A stretch of DNA of 64,000 bases, taken from positions 5,642,001-5,706,000 of the forward strand of contig NC_043017.1 in the NCBI RefSeq assembly GCF_006345805.1, given 5' to 3'. Below the pieces are notes generated by a model. That model ran no database searches, was not told the DNA's origin, and saw only the letters and a list, made by a program, of their open reading frames with translations. The DNA is from Octopus sinensis (Eukaryota). Position numbers and translations under genes: made by a program. Shown piece by piece: positions 53,168-64,000 of the stretch. Position 1 is the stretch's first letter; every line of letters begins with the position of its first letter.

Positions 53168-53532
<365 letters not shown>

Positions 53533-53534
<2 letters not shown>

Positions 53535-53668
53535 AACCAGCTGATATAGCAAGCGGGGCCTCATATCAGTGAGGGGGCCGGTGCGCATTGATGCCGTCGA
53601 GAGGTAGGCCCCGAAACGGCGCGCATTTTCTCCTGATGACCCCATAAACTTGCTGGCTTCCGGTATAC
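53533..53668. mobile_element. GC-rich short element with imperfect TIRs (possible MITE)
   Basis: accagc..agcaagcggggcc left end vs ccccataaacttgctggcttccggt right end. Confidence 0.35.
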
Positions 53669-53755
53669 GGAGTTTTTGACTGGTAGCACTTGCATGTGCA
53701 AGTTGTTTGCAACACACGTATATGTATATATATGTGTTATATATATATGTATATA

Positions 53756-53828
<73 letters not shown>

Positions 53829-54422
53829 TATATATATATATATATGTGTGTGTATGTATGTGTGTGTGTGTGTGTATATATATATTATATATATATATTT
53901 ATATGTGCATATATATATATATAGAGAGAGAGAGAGAAGGGGGGAGAGACAGATAGATAGATAGATAGATAGATGTGTATGTAGTGAAAAATGAACAAAC
54001 GTATATTTCTATAATGTTACCTTCTGTAGCTGTGTACATATATTTTTGCTCCATTGTGTATTGAAATACGAATATTAGATCAGTTACAAGCGCTGAAAAG
54101 GCGTCGCCAAGACTTTGTAACATACTTAAGCTAGAATGCTAATAAATGCATAAGATATATCCATTATGAACACGTATGCTTGTGCATAAGTGGTGTGTAT
54201 ATATATGAATATCCGTGTGCTTGTTTATGTATATGTGTATATGTTTGTGTGTATCTGGTGTATGTGCATATAGCTATGTGTATTTGTATCTGTGTGTCTA
54301 TTTTTTGTGTGCATATTAATACGCTGGCACATGTAATGTGGGAGGTGTAGAAACAATATATATGATATATATATGTGTGTGTGCGTGTATACATATGCAT
54401 ATATGTATACATCTATATGCAT

Positions 54423-54454
<32 letters not shown>

Positions 54455-54532
54455 TATATATATATATATATATAGATATATATATATGCATATATATGTG
54501 CATATGTGTGTACTCACGCACATACACACGTG

Positions 54533-54564
<32 letters not shown>

Positions 54565-54636
54565 GTATTTATATATATGTATATATATATATATATGTGT
54601 ATATATATATATATAATATATATATATATACATACA

Positions 54637-54705
<69 letters not shown>

Positions 54706-55689
54706 CATACACTCACACACACTCATACACACATGTATGTATGTCTGCAGTTATGTATGGAGTTTATCTGGTTTCAAAGTCTTCTGAAAAAAGTTGTGGA
54801 ATTTTATATCTTATATCATAACAGACATATTCACGTGTACGCGCGCACAAACATTATCATTTGTATATAGATTTATCTACATGCTAAGATACACGTATAG
54901 ACTTTTCGACATCTGGAAATTTAAGATGTACCAGAGTGCAATGTATTTAACATTTTTCTTAACTGCTAACTTGATTCAATTGTAGGTTAATCTTTTGATT
55001 TTACCATCAGAACTACTTTCTTTTACAAATTTTGTCTGTCTCTCTCCTTCCTTCTGTCTTTCTTTCTTTCTTTCTTTCTTCACGCGTGCACACAGACACA
55101 CACACATGCACACATGGGATGTATAAATAGACAATGTAAAAATCTAACTACATCTATACATCATGGCACGAGACACACATAGAGGCAGTAACATCAAAAT
55201 TCCTTCGGTATCAAATACTAAAAATATATGGAGAGATTCAGCAACATTGATGGCTTGCTCAGGCACGGTCACAGTTAACACTGAACGAATGAAAGTGTGT
55301 GTGTGTACATATATATATGTCTAATCTATATATATGCACATGTGTGTATGTATGTATTATGTATCTGTGTATGTATAAGTGTGTGTGCGTGCGTGTGTGT
55401 ATGTGTGTATGTATGTAAATGTCGCAGAAGAATCGCAAGATGGATTCTACAAGTCGAGCAAACCAGCAAGAGAACGAAATATTTGCATTATACACATAGT
55501 CAAAGTTGGTGATGCTTACGAATCTAACAGGAAATGGTAATGACAACTGCTTCTCATCAGTCTCTTCTGAGGAAGTGCCTGAGGACTCCACACTCGCGAA
55601 CTTTCCACGAATAGGAGATAGAAAAAGATGCATAAATATGTACATATATATATGTTTATACTATATATGTGTGTGTGTGTGTATGTGTG

Positions 55690-55724
<35 letters not shown>

Positions 55725-55929
55725 AGAGAGAAGAAAGTGCGACGTTCTTGTTTAAAATGTCACCCGAGGAGACGCAACCTGCATCTGTGATTCAAGGCGT
55801 TTTATTGTACAGCATCTCATCTGTGAGATACAGATACAGGATGGGTCGAAACAATTGTAGTGAATTTGAATAAAGAATCTCGTGAATTCCATTTTCTGTC
55901 CCTGATCTATCCATCTATCTGTGTGCTCG

Positions 55930-56210
<281 letters not shown>

Positions 56211-56959
56211 CCCTTGTTATATATAGTGCTTCTGCACAAAATTAAGAGCATTGAACCAGAACGTGACACTCTTAGTGATATTTTTATTCCTACTTAATCA
56301 TTAAGCTAATGTAGTTTTTGAATAAGGCGTAGTTGGAAGGGATTATACGTCGTGTTTAGTTCAAAAGGTATTGATACTTATGAATTATGAAAATATAATC
56401 TTGGAAACATGATGTTATCTAATGGTCACAATGGAAACCACCTTTCTAATATTCTGGAAATACAGACAACTAAGTATAAGATTTACCGTATGCCCAGCAT
56501 TTCCCGGCCAGGTATTTGTTTATGCAGATCCGTCTTACGATTCTTGGGATTACTTGATAAGTATCTATTGAAGAGTTTATTCCCATTTTATAAGACGTTT
56601 TCACTTCTTAACACTTCAGGTATTTGTTTTCGTTGTTTTGTTTAGTAAGCAGTGTGTAATGGATGCTGTGTCGTGATGTAATTGTCTGGAATGATTTTAA
56701 TGTGACTTGTATCACGATTTGAAAGTATCTAACTGCGAAATCTTACGAGTTGGCTGAGTTGATTGCACTCGTATTTGTTCCTTCTCTCTGAACGCTGATT
56801 TTAAATCCTAGCGAGGTCAACATTGCCTTCATCGACTCTTCTCCTTCTCTCCACCCTCTCTCTCTCAAGTAGAACTCGGCTGAGGCGAGACCGTATGTTT
56901 CAACAGTGCCTCTAACGATTCCATATGAAGTTGAAAGGAAAAGGAACATGGGAACTAAG

Positions 56960-57790
56960 GAAGATCTATCTCTCGCAGCATTTCAGTATTGGTCTAAGTC
57001 TCTTCACCTTCATCATCGCTAGCTTCCATCATCTGATGAGCCAATCATCCAACGGACATCAAGTATGAATGCGGCATTCCATCGACACGTGCATTGGGTG
57101 GCTTCATCAAACCTGGCTTCGAACGTGGACAGATACAGGTCCTTCCTTTCTGGTATTGCGGCCGGATGTCTCCACTTTTACCGGAACATTTTCCTCTGGG
57201 GCACCGACTCCTCCATCATGCCTGACCGAGGTGACATGATCGTTCAAAGGTGTCTCTCTACAATCTTATTTCCGCTCGGCCTGTACGCAGCCCAAAAGTA
57301 ACTCCTGGCCTTCCTCTTGCCCAGTATCTCTCAGTTTACTTCGAACGAAACGCAGTACTGTTGTCTATCAGTACCTCATCTCCCAAATTATCTCATTCAG
57401 AACCCTTGCAATTTCAACCGCAGCTTCTGCTCTATTTTCCACCCATACAGTTATTCGCCAAGGTCCACAGTCAATCATAGTATGATAGAACATTTGCCAA
57501 TAGTGCCTTGTCAATCACTTTTAAGTGTCTTTCCGTTGAATCTTTCCCACCTCATGCACACTCGTCGTAGGGTCGATCGACTGACGCTTGTCACAGCCTC
57601 TAACCACACTTCGAGCATTTTTGCTTTGCAGAAGAAAGGAAGCTGCATTAGGCTTCATCTTGAAGAAGCAGACTAACTGTACGTCTTTCTGGGGCGGCCG
57701 AGAAATCACGCTGATTCCTTGCGTTAGAAAAGCACGCTCTGCCGACTTCTAACCCAGCATCACTTCCGCCTACCATTTACAGCTCGCCAT
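56960..57790 (-). mobile_element. Ty3/Gypsy LTR-retrotransposon integrase relic
   Basis: VVRGCDKRQSIDP (zinc-finger end), MIDCGP, EVLIDNSTAFRS, AAYRPSGNKIVERH (D,D35E core); no LTRs found. Confidence 0.85.
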
Positions 57791-58081
57791 TTCTACCTGC
57801 TATCTCAGCTCACAACATCATAAACATCAGAAACATATTTCTAGTGGAGACCTTTAGATTGCCTACAACGAAATTGCTGTTTGCATTCTGGTTTCTTGCT
57901 ATTGTAAATCATATAACTTGATTTTTGTCAAAGAAATGACTGTGAATTTAATTGCAGAAATAGAAACACATACAGACTGTCTCCTTGGAATATTATTTTT
58001 CAAATATCACAGCTAACCGTTGGGTATGTATGCATGTGTGTGTATACATAAACATATACATATATGCATATAGTCACATGA

Positions 58082-58122
<41 letters not shown>

Positions 58123-58146
58123 TCTGCGTGTATGTATATGTATATA

Positions 58147-58183
<37 letters not shown>

Positions 58184-58244
58184 GTACATACATACATACA
58201 TACATCTGCCTACCCATCTCTCTATCGTGTGCGAGTGCGCGCGC

Positions 58245-58285
<41 letters not shown>

Positions 58286-58552
58286 GTGTGTATGTATAAA
58301 TACACACATTTATATGAGAATATGTGTTTATGTATGAATGTAGGTGATCATGTATCATATATGTATATATGTATATATATATATATATGTATGTATGTAT
58401 GTATGTATATATGTATATATGTATGTAGTAGTATAATGTTTGTTCTAAAAGCCATAGAAAAAAGAGAGTAGGCAGGTATATATGTAAAAGCTAAGCAAGA
58501 TAGTAAAAGCCGCAAAGAAAGGAAGAGAGAAAACGACTGAAAGATTGAGAGA

Positions 58553-58601
<49 letters not shown>

Positions 58602-59165
58602 TGTGTGTGTGTGTGTGATGGGGTCGGTGAAGAGATAGATGGGGAGAGAGTAAAAGATACGAAAATGTAGAATGCAGAAGAATTGGGTTAAATATGTTGA
58701 AGAGGGGCAGAAATACTGACTGTTAAGTAAATCTGTATAAGTGTGGATGGGTGGGTGGATTGTATTTTTATACGCGTTTGTGTGTGTGTCTGTGTGAATG
58801 TGTGTGTGCGCGCGCATGTGTGTGAATGTATAAATTTGCGTAATCATGTATGTGTTCTTATGAGATTGTGTATATGTGTTTGTGTATGTGTGTACGCGCA
58901 CGGTGCGTGTGCGTGCTAAGGTAATTTTGTTGGCTGTCTGCTTCGGGAGGAGATGAAGATTCTATGAATGAAACTGACATGATGATGATAATAGTAACGA
59001 TGGTAATAGTTGTAACAAAACTCATGATGTTTACGGCGATGGTAATGGTGATGATACTAAACTACTATTACATTAGAAATAGTCATTATGTAAGTATGTA
59101 TGGATGTATGGATGTTTGTATGTATGTATAGGTACATGCATATATATGTATGTGCACATACACAC

Positions 59166-59231
<66 letters not shown>

Positions 59232-60001
59232 CTATTTGTGAAATACATATTACATATGTAGTAGTGCTGGGCGTGCTAGATATTTAACTGAATTTTCAGA
59301 TCTTAATTTTTATTCAGTGATGAATTAATTATCATTTGACACATTGTTTATGTTACTTTTACATAATATTGAGCTTATATAAAGCAAAGAAAAAGCAAAA
59401 GCATATGAATTACCTAAAACCTTGTACGTATTCTCATCAGCCTGGTATTTATTTTTTTAGTGAAATTATTTGTCGAATAGCTGAGTTACCTCTTGACGTA
59501 ATTTGACGGAATTCATCACGCCACGTGTGGTTGGCTTTATGTAACGTTGGCTTTATTTAATGACATAATTACCTATTCACACATATAACGGCCCCCTTAC
59601 CAAATGATGTTTATGTAATAGATGCTTGTAAAAATGTGCCAATTTGTGTTACATGTAAACTAGAAAAATACTAGGCAGCTTTTAGGACAAAATTATTCTC
59701 ATCAAAAAATCCTGTGTACAAAATTTAAATCGTCCTTCAATGTGAAGACAGAATAAACATTTATTTCACATATTTTCTTGCAAAAAAATAATACATAGCT
59801 GATTTTACAGTCATGGTTGAATAATGACTCCCATTCTTTGGAATGGGACTCGCGAAAATCAGAGTCGCGATTTACGAAGTTTCTACTTCAGATATGATTT
59901 ATTATATTATTTGATTTCATACAGAGCATATCTTCTCGAAATCGTTCACACCAATGTGTGTTCATTTTATTCCTCCTTTCTTTAATGTACATACGTACAA
60001 A

Positions 60002-60201
60002 GGTGACGATCGTTAGCTCACCGGGCAAAATGTTTCGCGGTGTTTTGTACGTCGTTACGTTCTGAGTTCAAATTCCGCCGACGTCGACTTTGCTTTTCGT
60101 TCTTTCGAAGTCGATAAAATAAGTGTCATTTGAGCACTGAAGTCGATGTAATCGACTTGCCCTGACCGCGAAATTATTTTACCTTGTGCCAAAGTTTGAA
60201 A
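60002..60201 (+). mobile_element. SINE family B (Ba)
   Basis: atcgttagctcaccgggcaaaatg...gagttcaaattccgccgacgtcgactttg...ccttgtgccaaagtttgaaac. Confidence 0.88.
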
Positions 60202-61184
60202 CTGGTGTACATACAAACATACATGCATACAAGCACACATACATCGTGCAACAATCGTATTTATATTTAAAAGTAAATTTAAAGTATATGTAATTTAAAG
60301 ATAGTTTTTCTAAATATGCAATGAGGTTCGTTGTTCAAAAATGCACCTAAATAAACGCACTACTCTGCAAATAGTGGGACGTGACAATATCAGACAAGAT
60401 GAGACATTGGAACCAACTTTTATCTTTACCGAAAAAAAAAGAAATACCGTAAAATGTTATATATATCTTAAACTACCAGTATCAAAAGCAGAAAATTTGA
60501 ACAGTGATTATAAATGAGTAGAAATATTTTTTAAATCACTCATTCAGCTTTTGAGATGTCATTTTGGAAGTGCACATGACCTGTTGCAATTGTTCTTTTG
60601 ATATATCTTCGTTTTCTGGTAGAAGAATGTTTTTTTTTCTTCTTCAGTAAACTTACAACACACAATATTGGCTAAGTTTAGTAAAACGAAGGATCTTTGA
60701 ACTGGATGGAGAAATACAGTACAGATACGTCGTCTCTTGTATACACAAAATGTATGGAAGCTCTAGCTTAACAATAATCTATAACTGCCCGGAATTTTTA
60801 TAGGTTGATGGAGCGGGATGGGCTTTGTCTGGACTATTTATATATTGAAAGCAACTGAACACAAGGATACTTCTGCAAACATCGGAAGAATCCAAAAACT
60901 TCAATGCTCCGACCCTCAATGATCTAGTGAATCAAAGAAATTATATATGTATTATCTATCTGCTCTCTTTCTCCCCCCTCTCTCTCTCTCTTTCTCTCTA
61001 TCTATTTCTATCTTCGTATGCATGTGTAGGTATGCCTCTGTATATGTATGTATGCCTATATATATATTTATGTATATGTATATGTATGTATTAATGTATG
61101 TATGAACGTATGTATATATATATATATATATATATATTTATGTATATGTATGTATATATATTTATTTATATGTATGTATATATG

Positions 61185-61237
<53 letters not shown>

Positions 61238-61239
61238 TT

Positions 61240-61552
61240 CTATGTTGAACTTCGTCACAGGAAGCGGAGCCGTAGTGGCCAGAGGTTGCGGTATAGGGAT
61301 GTGCTGAAGAGGTAAATGAACTTCGGTGTCTTCCGAGACATCTGGGAGGAAAAAATCTTGCGACACGAGGAATGACACCGGTCGCTGAAGCTTGTAATTC
61401 GAGCCACTGAGAAGCGACAACGGAGAGAATACGAAAGAGCACATGAGAGGCGTCACTTCTCTGTTGTGTCAAGTAGCTTCACCTGCAGTAGATGTCATCG
61501 ATGCTGCAAATGAAGAGTAGGCTTTCTAGCCAGCATGCGAACCTGCCAGGGA
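61240..61552 (+). mobile_element. RTE/BovB-type LINE 3' end with C-terminal zinc finger
   Basis: ELRHRKRSRSGQRLRYRDVLKR...YERAHERRH...[14 protein letters not shown]...MRTC. Confidence 0.82.
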
Positions 61553-61569
61553 TTATTACTGAACAAGAA

Positions 61570-61829
61570 CAGTCGACATCGACCTACGATGGACAGCCGA
61601 ACACATATACTCGAAATACGGGACGAGAAAAACAGCCAACAACTGATGAAGGGTCGTTCTTTATGTTGCTTTTTTTGTTTGTTTTACATTTGTGTCTTTC
61701 TTCGTTCGAAAGAATTGTTCATGTTCCATGTACTCGTGCTTCATATTTTTGGTTGCACACGTTTCGTGACGTCTTGTGCCCACATATGCATCTATATATA
61801 CGTATAGATGTAAGTACATATGTGTATAT

Positions 61830-61830
<1 letters not shown>
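61570..61830. repeat. Distant relative of the 17292/18164 terminal repeat
   Basis: Shares actga(a/t)gaaggg, gacgtctt, cacatat..gc and tagaNgtaNgtac blocks in the same order. Confidence 0.5.
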
Positions 61831-61899
<69 letters not shown>

Positions 61900-62250
61900 C
61901 ATCTATATATACGTATAGATGTAAGTACATATGTGTATATATATATATATATATGCACATACATACACATGCATATACATATGGAGGAGAGAGAGAGAAA
62001 TTGGGAGAGAAAGAGAGATCGATAGCTAGATGTGATCGTTGCAGATTAACTACGGGCCAGCACTCGTGAAAGAGGTTCATTTGGATATATTATTTACAGG
62101 ACTATATTATCAACTCATTCTTTATTAAAATAGTAAATTGTGATTTCATGGAAATATGGCAGCGGTTTTTAGCAGAAGGGTCGGCCAGATGTGTAGAGGT
62201 TCCCTCACTGGCTTATGAGCATTTATATATATATATATGTATATGCATGT

Positions 62251-62570
62251 GAAGGCGAATGGTTTAGTGGGGCTCACGATTGCAAGGTCGTGAGTTCAAT
62301 TCCCGGCGATACGTTGTGTCCTTGAGCAAGACACTTTACTTTTTATTTTTCACGTTGCTCCAGTCCACTCAGCTGGCAAAAATGAGTAGTACCTGTATTT
62401 CAAAGAGGCCAGCCTTGTCACACTCTGTATCACGCTGAATCTCCTGAGAACTACGTTAACGGTACACGTGTCTGCGGAGTGCTCAGCCATATGCACGTTA
62501 ATTTCACGAGCAGGCTATTCCGTTGATCGGATTAACTGGAACCCTTATCGTCGTTACCGATGGAGTGCCA
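62251..62570 (+). mobile_element. SINE family C, full length
   Basis: tRNA-like ggtcgtgagttcaattccc, CORE-like gtgtccttgagcaagacactt, module ttgctccagtccactcagctg. Confidence 0.85.
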
Positions 62571-62608
62571 TATATAAATATTTGTATGTAATATCATATG
62601 TATAGTTA

Positions 62609-62823
62609 GGGCGGCAAGCTCAGCAGAATCGTTAGCATGCCGAGTAAAATGCTTAGCGGCGTTTCGTCTGTCTTTACGTTCTGAATTCAAATTCCTCCCA
62701 GGTCGACTTTGCCTATCATCCTTTCGGGGATAATAAAATAAGTACCAGTTGACTACTGGTGTCGACCTAATTGACTTATCCCCTCCCCCCATTAATGCTG
62801 GCCTTGTGCCAGAATTTGAAATC
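62609..62823 (+). mobile_element. SINE family B (Ba), full length
   Basis: ggcggcaagctcagcagaatcgttagc...gctggccttgtgccagaatttgaaatc. Confidence 0.9.
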
Positions 62824-63677
62824 AATATCATGTGCACAGTTATTTGAAAAATGTTCACTTCAGCCAATTTCAGATCCTTCTTTACATGTGCGCGAGGTTG
62901 TGCAGGTGTATGTGAATACGTGTATGTCAGAACATATTTTCTTACATTCACAGAGCCCCCACCCCCACACAAACACACACACTCCCTCTCTCCCTCCCAC
63001 ATACACACATGCACACACGCACACACACACACACAATTCTATGTAAGTATGTGTGTTCATGTATGCAAATGTTTTTTACATGATTAGTAACTGACAAATT
63101 TTTTATCTTTCTGACGTCAACTCTAGACAATAAACATAAACATGAGTGGTGTTTGGTAGCTAAGTCGGGTAGTCAGAACTGGCACCCTGCCTACCTATCA
63201 AACTTGCCATGTACTGCCATGTTGCGGCTAGGGTGGAATGTAAAGCCAACGGTGGTGGTGGTGGTGGTGGTGGTGATGGCGCTGGCAGTGATAACAAATT
63301 GCATTGACTCTATTTCTACCTGAATTCCTAAGTTTCGCCTCACATAGTTTGCTTTTTTGAATACAGAAACACACACACACACATACACACACACACACGC
63401 ACGCACACACTCTAACATATACTGCATATAATTATATATATATATATATGCGTGCATATATTTATGTACATAGGAATATGTATTTATATTTGTATATACG
63501 CTATCAGACATAATTATATAGACCTATCAGACTCTATATATTTGTAACATATGGTTGCATTGAGTACTTTTATGTTCTTTTTTCTGCCACAAAATAAACA
63601 AAAACTATACACATACATACATATATATACATACATGCATGCATACACACGTACTTATATATGTATATATATTTTTT

Positions 63678-63865
63678 CTTTTACTTGTTTCAGTCATTTG
63701 ACTGCGGCCATGCTTGAGCACAACCTTTAATCGAATGTATCGACCCAGAACTTATTCTTTGTAAGCGTAGTACTTATTCGATCGGTCTCTTTTGCTGAAC
63801 CGCTAAGTTACGGGGATGTAAACACACCATCGATTGTCAAGTGATGGTGGTGGAGAACACAATCG
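63678..63865 (-). mobile_element. SINE family A, 3' half
   Basis: cttttacttgtttcagtcatttgactgcggccatgc tail and body. Confidence 0.88.
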
Positions 63866-63931
63866 CACAAATACATACATACATGCATACATACATACAT
63901 ACAAACGCCCCTTGTGGGTAGTAATAAAATC

Positions 63932-63992
<61 letters not shown>

Positions 63993-64000
63993 CACATACA

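Noticed and set aside
55520-55600. 81-nt in-frame minus-strand exon candidate (FASVESSGTSSEETDEKQLSLPFPVRF, GTAAGC donor)
   Set aside because: Acceptor is purine-rich and weak; peptide not recognised

Overview
AT-rich eukaryotic genomic DNA that is very rich in microsatellites ((TA)n, (CA)n, (GATA)n, (CT)n, (TACA)n and trinucleotide arrays). The SINE families and repeat landscape look like an octopus (coleoid cephalopod) genome; this is an inference from recognition, not a database result. I recognise no host protein-coding gene, rRNA, true tRNA gene or CRISPR array, so the window reads as a large intron or intergenic region. Almost every ORF in the track is a translated microsatellite. The only recognisable protein sequences are transposon relics: a young 5'-truncated CR1-clade LINE with a 9-bp TSD, several RTE/BovB-type LINE fragments, the 5' half of a Tx1/L1-type LINE, an R4/Dong-type restriction-like endonuclease fragment, an Ingi/Vingi-like RT, a Ty3/Gypsy integrase, a mariner transposase 3' end (duplicated) and an internally deleted Chapaev-like transposase. 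About 30 copies of three tRNA-derived SINE families and several MITEs/foldbacks are also present. The most interesting signals are: (i) a 39-nt 3' tail shared by the CR1 LINE and the dominant SINE, with a double compensatory change in its hairpin; (ii) three minimal hammerhead-ribozyme-like motifs; (iii) a nested inverted-repeat arrangement (SINE pairs around a 105-bp-arm foldback) that would form long dsRNA if transcribed; (iv) several local direct-repeat cassettes. Coordinates of degraded elements are approximate.
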